DNA of 64,000 nucleotides from the human T2T-CHM13v2.0 reference genome, Homo sapiens. Positions 1 to 32,904 of the stretch are shown piece by piece. Position 1 is the stretch's first letter. Every line of letters starts with the position of its first letter. Location of the stretch: assembly GCF_009914755.1 (NCBI RefSeq), contig NC_060941.1. One strand, given 5' to 3'. The position numbers and the translations under genes were made by a program. Under the pieces are notes generated by a model, which made no database searches, was not told where the DNA came from, and saw only the letters and a list, made by a program, of their open reading frames with translations.

Positions 1-258
1 TTGGGAGGCCGAGGTGGGCAGAACACCTGAGGTCAGGAGTTTGAGACCAGCCTGGCCAACATGATGAAACCCCATCTCTACTAAAAATACAAAAATCCGC
101 CCTGTGTGGTGATGCACGCCTGTAATCCCACCTACTCAGGAGGCTGAGGCACGAGAATCGGCTTGAACCCAGGAGGCGGAGGTTGCAGTGAGCCAAGATT
201 GCGCCACTGCACTCCAGCCTGGGCAACAGAGCAAGACTCCATCTCAAAAAAAAGAAAA
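1..258 (+). mobile_element. Alu, cut by the window start
   Basis: Alu dimer with central A-rich linker and A tail. Confidence 0.95.
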
Positions 259-428
259 AGATTCATCTGATGGCCAGTGGTGCCAAGCATCAGCTATGAG
301 ACAAGGGACTTTGTAGATGGTCAAATTCTGTCTTGGCAGATGACTAAGTCATTGTGTTTTCAGATCATGGTGCAAGGTGTCAATGGTAAAAGAAATTACA
401 ACACCTCTGGGAGCTCTTTTCTGAATGA

Positions 429-8409
<7,981 letters not shown>

Positions 8410-8994
8410 GGGGCCTGCTCCTCGGACTCTGGTTACCTCTGAGGCTGGGAAAGGCCTGGCTGCCCACTGCCTCCCTCCCTGCCCCTCCTTTTATGTCCAT
8501 AAAGTGGCGTGAAGTGAGACGTTCTCTTTGGTGGTCAACCCGGATGGGTGACAGGCTGGATGGCCTTGTGAACTTGAGCTCAGTGTATGCTAGGCAACAA
8601 TTCTCCCGCTCCAGACCCTCACCGACCACCTGTCCTGGGACCAGGCTGGGAGGGGAGTGTGGCAGGGAGGAGGAAGAGGAAGGTGAGAATGAGTAGAACA
8701 GTTTTGTATTCTACTCCCTACAAGCCATTTTGAACTTCTGCCCTCACCGGACTCTGGGCTGTGACTGGGGCACCAAACTCAGCACATGAGTCTCCCCTAG
8801 CTCTCGTGGGGAGAGGGATGCTATTTATTCAGTTTGGGGCAGGAGGGAGAGGAGGGAAAGTATTTCTGACCCTGATGCCAACAGCCGGGTGGCTGTCCAA
8901 GCAGGATTGCAGGGGACACAGGGAAGCACTGCCCAGCCCCTGCCTGGCTGCCCTTTCCCCCCTGCTGCTGCCACCGCTTCCTGCCTGTCATTTG

Positions 8995-9000
8995 AATAAA
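8995..9000 (+). terminator. SUPT6H polyadenylation signal
   Basis: AATAAA about 590 nt after the stop codon. Confidence 0.8.
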
Positions 9001-9997
9001 CAGTGTTTCTATTGAGCTCTTGCCAAAGCCTCTCTCTCCAACTCTCCAGCTCTTTGAGGGGTGGCTTTCAAAGCAGTGTTTGGAGCTCCAAGGACTCCCC
9101 TGACTCCCTCTTCTGATCCATCAGAGGCAAAGATTCATAGACTAGAGGCAGCTTCTACATCAGACTGCCTGGGGCACATCCCTGCTCTACTTCCCAGCCG
9201 GGTGACCCTGTGCCAGTTCCTGCTGCCTTTCAGCTGGCTTTCTTACCTGTAACATGGAGATAGTGATACCTGCCTCATCAGCTGCTGTGAGGACCAAGGC
9301 AGCGTGTGCAAGCTCCTTGGCCCAACGCCTGGTACGTCGCAAATGTTACCCGGTATTATTACACCCACTCACTCACCCACAGCACAGCTGCCCCATCCGC
9401 CCATGCCTGCTGGTCTTCTCTGGCACCCTGGAGAAAGGCCACAAGTAAATCTGGATTTCTCAACTTGAGCCTCTGCCGTTCATCTCTTCCCTTTTCCCAG
9501 CTGGGCCTTGGTCTCTTGCAAGCTCTCAGCAGTAAGGTGTTCCTGCCCCAGGATGGGGCCCTGCTCACCTGCTCCCCTCCAACACACTGGCCCTGGCCCT
9601 TTGTCCCTGCCCCACTGCATTTTTTGTTCTGAACTCCTGCCATCCCTGTTTCTGCACAAGGGCTTCGTCTCACAGCTCTGTGAGTCAATGCTGGGAGAGT
9701 GGGGCCTCTGGCTCCCTTTCCTTTGCTTGGGGCTCAGCAGAGAAGTCAGAAAAGGCCACTGCTGCCCAGACGTGGCACACTCCCTCCCCTTGTTTTTCTT
9801 CATCAAGATCTGGGGGAAGGGGCCAGCTCTGCCAGGAACTCAAGTCAGCTCCCTTCAGCACAAAAGGGCTACAAGGGAGGAGCTAGACCACCAGCTGGGA
9901 AGGTCAGTCTCTGGTAGTACCACGAGCACCTTCTGCAGAGCCACTTAGAGGAGGGAAAGGCCAGGCACAGTGGCACAGAGTGGGTTAAAAAGTTCCG

Positions 9998-10319
9998 TTT
10001 ATTGGGGGTATCGCTGCAGACAGTACTGCCTGTCCCAGAAGTGGATTTCACACAGACCAGTCTCTCGCAGCAGAGAGGGGAAGCCCTCCTTCCCACCCCA
10101 GATACACTCTTCCACCTTGTCCTAGCAGGTAGGAAGAAATAGGGCTGTGCCCCTTCCTTTCCCTCCCACCTGCCTTCCCATGGGCTTCCTTTGTGAAAGC
10201 TGGATTGCCTTTGAGAAACCCCTGCAGCCCTGAGCCCACCCCTTGCCCCGCAAGAAACAGCCAGGTTGGAGGGAGAGAACAGCAGCAGAGGGCCAGCCAC
10301 AGGCTCGATGGCATTTATT
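9998..10319 (-). terminator. Two candidate PROCA1 polyA signals
   Basis: TTTATT on + (AATAAA on -) at 10314-10319 and 9998-10003. Confidence 0.6.
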
Positions 10320-10341
10320 CTGCACCCTGACCACCCTGGCC

Positions 10342-18469
<8,128 letters not shown>

Positions 18470-18983
18470 CGCTCTCCGCCCAGGTCTTCGTCTCTACAGG
18501 ACTCTTGCGTGAAGTCCAACCCTGAGCCTCAGCCCGGCCGAGCCCTCGGCCCAGCCGTGAACTCCAGTCTCGGCTTCGCCCCCGCCTAGCCCCTAACCCC
18601 GCCTCATGCTGGCGCAGCCCCCGCCGGCCTCCCCAGCCCGGCTCCAGGCTGCGTAGTCTTCCCAGCTGGGTCTCAGCGTCAGCCGCGTTCTTCATCCGGG
18701 GCCTCCGGCGCCTCCCAGGCCCCTCTTTATCTCAGACCTTAACCTTACAGGCCCAGCTCTCACCACCCATCTCTGGTTCCAGCTTGCAGTCCAAACCCCA
18801 GATTTTCACCCTGCCTCCAGATCGTAGCCCCAATTCTTAGTGTTACAACGAGCCTTGCCCCCAGCCCCATTCTTAGCCCCGCCCCGGCCATTCTCTAAAC
18901 CGCACACTCCCGTCCCGCTCCCCGCCCCACCGACCCTTGGGAACCCAGCCGCAGCCCCGCCTCTGCCCGCTGGCGAGAGAGCG

Positions 18984-19093
18984 AACCCCATCTCTACAAA
19001 AAATACAAAAATTAGCTAGTTTAGTGGTGCGCACTTGTAGTCCCAGCTACTCGGGAGGCTGAGATGGGAGGATCCCCTGAGCCCAGGGAGGTC
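18984..19093 (+). mobile_element. Internal Alu fragment with no tail
   Basis: 110 bp of Alu linker and right arm embedded in CpG-island DNA. Confidence 0.85.
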
Positions 19094-20180
19094 CTGGCGT
19101 CGCCATTTCCCCTCCACCTTCCGGGCTTCGAGGTCCCTCCGCCTCTGGTGGAGCCCGGGCTTCCCCTTTCTCCGCCCACAGGCCTCTCCGAAGACCTAAC
19201 TCCGGGCTGAGGACCTGATGTCGGCTCCCAGCCCCTGCGCCACCCCGCAGCGTTCCCGCCCCTGGCCCCCAGGGGACACCCTATTCTAGAGACAATACTG
19301 CCCAATAGAGAGTCGTAAGCTTATCCTGATAGACAATCTGGAGAACAGGGCAGGCTGCATTCATAGGAACCTCATCCCAGTGACACCCCTCACGCCCTCA
19401 GGTACAACATACACACTCTGCGCATGCATATATCACACACACACAGAATATACTCACCACACACAGACTAATACAACATGCACACGGAACACAGAACTCC
19501 CACACCCGGTGCAGCACAAACACCACACCTGGACTGTGGTGCTGGCTTCACACACATCTGTTAACAGGCAAGGCAAGGGTGAGGAGCCCAGTGCTGCGAG
19601 GGAACAGAAATGGAAAAAACAATCACAGGAGAGTGTGAAAAGAAGTTATGGCCATATCGACGACATTCCATGCACCACACCCCTCCATTTCTCTTGGCAC
19701 CAGCTTCCAAAGCCAGGATGAAGAGGAGGAGAAAGGATGGGGTCCACACCTTGTTTTCTCCACCATCATCCAGGGGCTCTGCTGCTGCTACTATTGCTCT
19801 GCCTGATCCCCACCTTCACTTTCCTCCAGACCCAAGTCCGGAGTGGGTAGGGCTGCTGCCCAGACCCTCCTTCCCGTGGTAGCTCTAGAGAGTCTAGGAA
19901 CTGCGAGGGAGGGGAAGCCAGGAGAAGGGAAGTGTGCAGAAAAACCAACCATCCTGGTGAGAATGGAACCAGGAATGGAACAGACAGAGCACTTGGCAAC
20001 TGGGAGCCAGAATCTGCCTTCTAACTTGGACACCCCCTTAGCCTCCCAGGATGACACGAGGCCATAAGTCCTCCTTTGTTGACCCAGATGTCTGAGGTGC
20101 TTCCAGCTACTCTGGAACTCTGGGTTAGATGTCAACAGGGAGCCAGGGTCTTGGTCACCTTTCTTTCTTATAAAAGTTAA

Positions 20181-20762
<582 letters not shown>

Positions 20763-21110
20763 AAAAGTACTTCTTAAAGGGAAGGCAAGAAAAGGGTGAA
20801 AAAAAGAAAAAGATTCTCCAGTGGTGAAAATTTGGGTATAAGCACCAAGTAGGAGGACACGTGTGGGGAAAGGATCAGGGGAAAGGGCTCTCAAAGCCAG
20901 CCATTCAGACTTCACCCAGTGAGGGCCCAGTGCAGCCCCCAAACTGATGTTTCAGCTCCCAGCCTACCTGAACCTGCCCAGGGGCCAGGGATGGCCAGCA
21001 CAGCATCCCCAGGGGACTCTAGTGCCAAAATGGCCACACAGTCATGCCCATTCCACATCCATCATCCCCAACAAAGAACTCCAGCCCCAAAGTGCTCGTA
21101 ACAAAGAAAT

Positions 21111-21116
21111 TTTAAT
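21111..21116 (-). terminator. RAB34 polyA signal (ATTAAA)
   Basis: TTTAAT on + about 340 nt past the stop. Confidence 0.6.
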
Positions 21117-21451
21117 GCATAAGGCACAGTGAGAGGCTGGAATCATTAAGCATCCTCAAACACAAAGGGCCCAGCAGGCTGAGCAAAAGAACAGAGACAC
21201 TCTCCCTCACTACCACTGGGCGCCCTGGACAGTCCCCTGAGGAGTAGGGGGCATCCAGTCTTTGGCACGGTGCCTGGGGGCAGGAAGTGACTAGCATGAT
21301 CCCAGCTACCCCTCTGTGGGAATACTGCCACCAAGAGGCAGCTCTTTGGTCTGGATAAAGTCAGTGCAAATGTCCAGGGGTCAAGCTCTGGAGGAATGAG
21401 GGTGGCACAGTGCCCTAGGGCTGGGCAGTCTCTGAACAGTCTCCTCAGCCC

Positions 21452-24075
21452 TCATGGGCAACATGTGGGCTTCTTCTTGCTGGCAGTTAGGTAGAGGTTG
21501 CTGTCATCACTGTTGATGCCTAAAGAAGGGTGGAAAATATGTGAAGCAGGGATTGGAGGCTCACTGTGCCCTCTGCCACCCTCAACCAGGCAAGCACTCA
21601 CGGACAACATCCCCAATGCGTCGAGCCCCCGATTTCTCCAGCTCAGCCAGCACATTGGCCTCAAAGGTCAGTGCTGCCACACGGAAGAAGAATTCTCGGA
21701 CATTCTCACCTGACACAGAGAGCAGATAGGTGCTCAGGGGCAGTGCTGGGTCTGGGGACACAGGGCACAGCTGGAGGTGTAGCAGTGAGAGGAGAGCCAG
21801 GCAAGAGTGTCACAGCAGAGCCCTAAAGCCTCCAACTCACCAGTGAGAGATGAGACTGCCCAGTACTCAGCCTTCATCTCCTGGGCCACCTGGAGGGCGT
21901 CTTTCTCCATCAGCGCATACTGAGCAGGGGTCTGAGGGAAGGCCAGAGTCAGAGGGGGGCATTCCCTCACCAAGCTGGGAAGTCCCCCCACTGGCACACT
22001 CACACTCAGATCCTTCTTGGAACCTACAAGGAAGAGAAGCACACTGGAAGGGTCATTCTCCTTCAGGGCATCGGCCAGCCACTGCCTGCCATGGGAGGTG
22101 GAAAGTAAGGGATGAGTGAGTCTGCAGGGCCCCTCCCACTGACATTCATAGGCCCAATTACCCCCTCTCTGGTCCTACATGCATTCTTCTTCTTCCTGAC
22201 CACCCCTCTGTTCTGAACCCTCTCTTCCCGGAGCCTCCCATTATATTGCAGGATGCTCACTTACTTGGTATGTTCCAGAGATGCCACATCATTCAGGTTG
22301 AAGACAATGATGATGGCTGGAAGAGTGGCAGAAACAGCCCCAGGTTGACAGGGAAGACACTACTGCTCATTTCCCCAATCCTTCCAGCTCCATATGAGAA
22401 GCCATGTGCACTCTGAGACCCACCTACCCCACTTCACCCAGCCCCTTACCTTGAGCTCCTCTATAGTAGGTTGATGCAATGCATTTGAACCTCTCCTGCC
22501 CAGCGGTATCCCAACTGGAAGGAAGGAAGAGTGAAGCACAGGTATGTATCTTGGGGGGTGTGGGTGCTGGGGAGAAGGGATAGCTGGAAGGGGTGTGGAA
22601 GCACTCACAGCTGCAAACTGAAGGGAATGCCCAGCACCTCAAATCGTTCCATCTCGAAGTCCACTCCAATGGTGGCCTTGTAATTCTTATCAAAGGTGTC
22701 TTTGCAGAACCTGAGAGGGTACCAGATGCTGTGATCTGGAGCCAGCCCACCTGGCTAGGCTTGGCCCCACCCTGCCCAGCTCAGCTCCAGCACCCCCTTA
22801 CCTATTAATGAGGCAAGTCTTCCCCACCGACAGGTCCCCCACCACAATGACCTTGGAGATCTTAAATCTGCTGGACACAAGAGTGGGCAAGGGGAGTGGG
22901 CACGAGCTCTTTCACCCTAGGGAGTTCCAATGCTCCCGACTAGGTCCAGAAAGGTAGCTGCACCCAGGCTGAGGGTATTATAGACACCAGGCATCCCAGG
23001 CAGCTGCGTGGACAGGTGTGCTGGGGAGGAGGAGTGTTTTGTGCTCCAGAAGCAGAGAGACATGAATTTGAATCCCAGCTCTCACACTGATTAGCTGTGT
23101 GACTTTGGACACGTTATTTAGCCTCTCTAAGCCTCAGTTTAAACATTTAAGTAAAGTTAGTATATATTTTACTGGGTCGTTGTGAAGGTTAAAATGAGAT
23201 AAATGTCCTATATTCTAAGACACCCTCCCCCCCGCATTTTAATGTCTGAAATCAGGATATATCTTAAGTGATGGACTTTTCCATTCAATAAAGATGATAG
23301 TACCCAACACTGCCTGGCACACAGCAAATGCTTAATTAATGGTGCCAACTGTTATCAGTATTACCTTTAAAACCCACAATAAGACTCATCCCTGTAAGCA
23401 CAGCCAGACCCCTGCCCTGGGGCTCCATGGATGCTATGTGGGGATCTGAGCAGGTGACCACCTTCCCATTTCAGACACCTTAGTCTCTACTCAGAAATCC
23501 AGCTGCCACCCTTCTACCCAACCCCATCTCATAGAACTCACAACAACCTTGTTGGGAGAAAAGGAGGGGATACAGGGGCTTAAAGAGGGGGAAATAACCA
23601 TATAGCTGGTAGGGGCTGAAATGAAGCCCCAAGGGGGTGGTTGTTTACCCTCGCTATGACTACAGAGTTTCCTGGGACCTCCTCTCTTTGTTGTGGGTGT
23701 CCCTAACTCACCCCACGGTGCCTGTCCGGTGCTCCTGGCAGGCGCAGGTGACGCGGGGGTGGAAGTCTTTGTGCCCGTGCAAAGCGGCCTCCTTCCTCAG
23801 GCACTTAGTGGGAAGGATGGAAGAGAATGGAGCTTCCTACTCCTGGCCCTTGTCCCGCAGCCAAGCGGCCCGGGTAGGGGTGGAGTGCAGGGACCACCCA
23901 GAAGCACCAGGCCTAGCTGGGTGGCAGGGCTGGGCCCAGTCCTCTAACTGGTCTGGTGCCGCCTCCTCCTCGCCCACACCCCGGGCTGTAGACTGAAGCC
24001 CGACGTGGCCCCGGCGCCTACCTGGGGCAGCTCCGCCAGGACGCGATCCCTCCGCACGGGTGCCAGAATGTTCAT
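21452..24075 (-). CDS. RAB34: Ras-related protein Rab-34, 259 aa
   Basis: Exons 24075-24022, 23803-23712, 22867-22802, 22710-22609, 22514-22450, 22316-22265, 22085-22004, 21931-21841, 21709-21602, 21519-21452 = 780 nt; motifs GDLSVGKT, WDTAGQE, GSKKDL; C-terminal CCP prenylation motif. Confidence 0.97.
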
Positions 24076-24517
24076 CCTGCCTGCGGCCTTGCAGGGCGCC
24101 CTGAGAAGGCGCCGAGGCCGGATCCGCGTCAGCGACCCGGGCGCGTGGAGACCCGACGATCACCCGCGGCCGGGGTGTCCCGACTACAACTCGGGGCCAC
24201 GGGGACCCTACGGGAGTCCGCGGTCTCGGAGACGCTACGACCACCGCGGGCCACGGAGATGAAACAATCACCCGGGGCCGCGGCGAGCCCAAAATCACCC
24301 GGGCCCTGGGCGTCCCGAAGATGACTCTGGGGCGAGGAGACTCTTCGGCCGCCAATTGGGGGCGGGGAGTCCCGTCTGGTGGGGGCCGGGCCCGCGCAGA
24401 CCCTACGATTACGCGGGGCCGGATAGTTCCTACGATTACGCGGGGCCGGATGGTTCCTACAATAACCCGGGGCCGCGGAGACCCGACGTCATCTCGGGGC
24501 TGAGGCTGCCCTACCAT
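22862..24517 (-). CDS. NARR: NARR, nine-amino-acid-repeat protein, alternative frame overlapping RAB34 (197 or 198 aa)
   Basis: ATG 24517; exons 24517-24022, 23803-23712, 22870(or 22867)-22862; about 13 repeats of (S/T)PRPRVIVG; frame differs from RAB34. Confidence 0.88.
23060..23200 (+). mobile_element. MIR
   Basis: TTTGAATCCCAGCTCT...AGCTGTGTGACTTTGGAC...CCTCTCTAAGCCTCAGTTT. Confidence 0.7.
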
Positions 24518-25000
24518 TACAGAGCGGCCCGGGGGCGCGGAGCGGCCCCGCCACACGGGGTCAGTGTGGGCAGGGGCGGCGCTGCCAAGGCCCGCAGGCC
24601 GCTGGAGGAGGGGGCGAGGGGCCCAGTCCGGCTACAGGGCCTCGAGTCCCACTCCGCTCGGGCTCCGCCAACGCTGTAACACGATCCCCGGAAATTCCTG
24701 GAGAAGGGCCGCCCCCCGCCCCTCTCCTGGCGGCTCCAGGCCTCGCTGCCCGCCCTCGCCACCCCCTCCTCTCCACCCTTCTGCGTTGCCCCGCTCAGGC
24801 TCCCTCTTTTGACGCTTCACCGGGCACCAGGACCGCCCCGACCCAGGCTGGAGCCTATCCAGATAGGGACTCCCCAGGCTGCTCTCCCCTGCACCTCTAT
24901 ACCCGGCTGCGCCTTCATGGGGACCCTTACCCAGCCGAATTGGTGATGGGGAATCGGAGACTGCTGCGCAGCATCTGGCGATGCCAGGAACCAGCAGGGA
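23960..25000. promoter_or_regulatory. CpG island, RAB34-NARR promoter
   Basis: Dense CpG across the first exons. Confidence 0.8.
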
Positions 25001-25076
25001 GGGGAAAGGGGGAGAGAAGGGGCCCAAGGAGAGGCGGCGCTTCCCTCCTCAACTCCAGGCCTGGGAGGTGACTCAT
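24931..25076 (-). CDS. RAB34: Alternative upstream coding exon of an N-terminally extended RAB34 isoform
   Basis: ATG 25076 MSHLPGLELRRE...PITNSAG, donor GG|GTAAGG at 24931; acceptor TCTCAG| at 24100 gives APCKAAGR in frame with MNILAPVRR. Confidence 0.65.
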
Positions 25077-25833
25077 AGAGTCTGCCCCCTCTCGCCCTTC
25101 TGCCCTGGGAGGTCGGGGGTGAGGATGGTGGAGGGGAAGCGTGCGAAGGGGGTGCCAGGGTTAGAATGAGGTGCCCACCGAGGAGAGAGACGTCTGAAGT
25201 CTGGCGTCTTTTCCTTCAAGGCTGCTGTGTAGATTGTGAGGTGGGAGGGCTGAAGATCAAGTTCCCTCGAGGGAGGTTAAAGAAGGGCTAAGTGGACCCG
25301 GAAACTCTGCTCTTCGGGGTGGTCTCCGCTCTGGGAGGCGGGGACTCCCCTCTGGTATGGGTGTTCATTGTTCTGGCCCCATTGGAATCTATCCCCCAGG
25401 GACAACTCCTTTGTGCAAAGTCCTGCAGGATAGAAGAGGGGGCAGTGCACAATCAATTTCACCGTCAAAGGGGACATGTCTGGTTTTATGAAGGGAGAGG
25501 GAAGAAGAAAGGATCAAGTGGGGATGGGTTAGGCACACACCTTAGGAGAAGCGAACCTGAGTGTTAAGAAACCTTTCTCTGTGTCTGGAGCTGAATTTGA
25601 GGATGTAAAGATGACCAGGACACGGAAGGGAAGACTAGTTTAGGGCAGGGGATTGTGAGTGAAGTTACTAACCGGAAAAACTAGCGAATCTTGGAGAAAT
25701 GTGTGGAATTTTCATAGAACTTCAAATGCATTATCAGGAAACGCAGTAAAACTTGACAGTATCAGTGTCGCAGGTAAAGAGGGGCAGGTGTGGCCGCCTT
25801 GTACTTCCTCTGACACTTCCCCCTCGTGACTCG

Positions 25834-25853
<20 letters not shown>

Positions 25854-25864
<11 letters not shown>

Positions 25865-26133
25865 TGAGACAGGGTCTCACTCTGCCACCCAGGCTGGAAT
25901 GGCTCATTGCAGCCTCGACCTCCAGGGCTGAAGCGATCCTCCCACCTCAGCCTCCCAAGGAACTGGGACTACAGGCACGCACCACCACGCCCGGCTAATT
26001 TTTGTATTCTTTTGTAGAGACAGGGTTTCGCCGTGTTGCCCAGGGTGGTCTCGAACTCCTGGGCTCGAAGCAATTCGTCCACCTCGGCCTCACAAAGTGC
26101 TGGGATTACAGGCGTGAGTCACCGCGCCCGGCC
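25854..26133 (-). mobile_element. AluJ-like with (TTTA)n tail
   Basis: Reverse-complement Alu consensus. Confidence 0.9.
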
Positions 26134-26241
26134 CTGACTTGATTTTTTTCTGCCACCAAATCACTGTGTTATTGATAAACCACATTCCTCTCTGGACCTC
26201 AGTTCGACCGAGCAAATCCTGCTCCAGCACTCTAGAACTTA

Positions 26242-26622
<381 letters not shown>

Positions 26623-26679
26623 TTAGTGCCTTTGAGGGGAGGAGTGGCGCATGTTTGTTCACGCACGAAAAAGAAATTA

Positions 26680-26814
26680 AACCTAACTACCGTTCCCAGA
26701 GGGCGCCGCTCTGCAAATTACCCAATCAGCTCTAAGTACAAAGCATCGCGAGTCTTTAGTGCTCTTTGGCGCTATAAGCCCGTGGGAACGAGCATTGGAG
26801 ACCCTTTTCACAAG

Positions 26815-26822
<8 letters not shown>
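26680..26822 (+). promoter_or_regulatory. RPL23A core promoter: ACTACnnTCCCA-like motif, TATA-like element, 5'TOP/TCT initiator, YY1-like motif over the ATG
   Basis: ACTACCGTTCCCAG 26686-26699, CTATAAG 26772-26778, CCCTTTTC 26802-26809, CAAGATGGCG 26811-26820. Confidence 0.75.
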
Positions 26823-30688
<3,866 letters not shown>

Positions 30689-31316
30689 ACTGAGTCCAGC
30701 TGCCTAATTCTGAATATATATATATATATATCTTTTCACCATATACATGCCTGTCTGTCAATTTCTGGTTGGGCTGGGAGGCCACACACACACACTGACA
30801 TGACAGGGCTTGGGCAAGACTCCTGTTCTACTTATCCTTTTGAAATACCTCACCCTGCCACTCCACCATGTATGATCATTCCAGAGATCTTTGTGACTAG
30901 AGTTAGTGTCCTAGGAAAACCAGAACTCAGAACTTGCCTCCATGGTTGAGTAACAAGCTGTACAAGAACCCCTTTTATCCCTGGAAGAGGCTGTGTATGA
31001 AACCAATGCCCAGGGTTTGAAGGGTGTTAGCATCCATTTCAGGGGAGTGTGGATTGGCTGGCTCTCTGGTAGCATTTTGTCCTCACACACCCATCTACTA
31101 TGTCCAACCGGTCTGTCTGCTTCCCTCACCCCTTGCCCAATAAAGGACAAGGACTTCAGAGGAGTACTTTCATTAGTGTTTTCAATAGTGTGGGCGCAGG
31201 CTCAGAAGGTGGAGAGGCTGGCCTCAGAGGACACCCAGGCTTGGGGCTAAGTCCCAGTGTCCATATGAAGCTGTTTCTGGCCTTGTCCGTTTTTGTTGTC
31301 CCAGGCTCTGTGCCCC

Positions 31317-32904
31317 TCACTCAGTCAAGAACTTGTCTTTGTGTTGCTTCTTGGGGACATGCTCAGGGCAGAAGTCAGAGCGGAGGAGGCGGGAAAAGTA
31401 GATTATGATCATCACGTCCAGCATGAGCAGGATACCCAGCAGGAAGGTGCCCAGGGTCCTCTGGTTCACATAACGCAAGAAGAAATGGGTGAGGTAGGCC
31501 TGAGGGGCCAGGCGGAAGAGAAAGTACATGACCAGGTTCACATACTTGTTAACCCGGTAGAGGAGATGATCCTGGGCATTACTGATTTTCATCATCATGC
31601 GAATGGTGAGGAAGATGTTGCTGACTTCCACCAGTAGTGTTAAGACACCCCCACCGACAAAGCTGCTCCAAAAGATGCCGGAGAAGAAGGCACCCATGGC
31701 CTAGAGGGAAGAAAGAATAGGAGTTAGGGAACCCAGATGCAGACGCTTTCCTGGAAGTTTGGGGGGTGTGGCTATCAGATTGAGGGCTGGAAAATCCCAA
31801 ATTTCCCCCTGGAATAATAGTTTATAGTGGGTAAGATGCTTTGTTTTGTTAGTTCAACATTACTAGATTTTGATTGCTGCTCACAGCTGGCTGTGGGTGA
31901 TGTTCAGTCTAAAGAGGCAGTGAAACCATGGGTTGCTGGCCTCAGTGAACAAGTACAGACTGCCAACCTCCAGCATCCTAGCATAAGAAGTAGCACACAG
32001 GTCGGGGGTGGGTGGTAAGAAAACACGGCCTTCTCCCAGATTCAGAAAGACGGAGCTGAGACTAGATTACTGACACCAGGCCTATACCACATAGTCTGCT
32101 TCTCTCTTACCATGACGTGATGGACAAGGTATTCCCAAGAGGCTCGCGTCTGTCCGCTAGCCACGATGTCCACCGTATCGTGGATGAAATACCCTAGTGG
32201 AGGGATGGGGCAAGAGATCATGAACTGAACAAGCAGCTTCCTTCTCCCTGTCCCCAATTTGCCTCCCGCTTCCTGGGCAAGACCTACCCGCAGAGAAGCA
32301 AACGAGCAAATAGCCAGAAAGTGACCACGCCGTCTCAATCTCCACTAACATGTCAGGAGTCTGCCATACACTGGAAAGGAGGGAAGAGGAGGCTCTGCAT
32401 TTCGGCACCCTCAAGGACCATCAACTTCTCGGTTACCCTTCGCAGCCCCGGGGGATCCTGGGCTCGCGCTAGTGGCTGACTGGGAAGCTAAGAGTGGCTG
32501 GGCAAAACCCAAGAGCCTCCAGTTTCCCAGGGGCGATCCCCCTCCCCTGGGGCCACTGCGGCTTTTGGTTGGATAGGATACCAAACGGGATCAGGTGAGA
32601 CTGCGTGGCCTCAGCCCGCCAGTGAGCGATGGGGGTAGTAACACAAGAGCCGGCCCCGGCTCCCCGCTCAGGATCCCCTGGCCACCTCATTTCCACAGTC
32701 GCTCACTCACCACAGCAGTGCCCAGATCCCCGACACAATGGAGTGAGCGAAGGAGACGAGCAGGTTGTGCCAGCGCCAGGTGCGCAGGGGGTCGGCGCGC
32801 ACGTGCACGGGTAGGGGCAGGCGACAGAGCGCGCGCCGGAGCGCCCGGAAGGTCAGCGTGGCGCCCAGGAGCAGCGGCAGGGCGGGGTGCAGCAGTCGGG
32901 GCAT
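31317..32904 (-). CDS. TLCD1: TLC domain-containing protein 1 (calfacilitin), 247 aa multi-pass membrane protein
   Basis: Exons 32904-32711, 32370-32288, 32193-32111, 31700-31317 = 744 nt: MPRLLHPALPLLLG...GYFIHD...HHVM...EVSNIFL...KDKFLTE. Confidence 0.95.

Noticed and set aside
24140-24480. 27-bp periodic repeat as a CRISPR-like or non-coding array
   Set aside because: No repeat-spacer structure, eukaryotic context; the periodicity matches the NARR 9-aa coding repeat.
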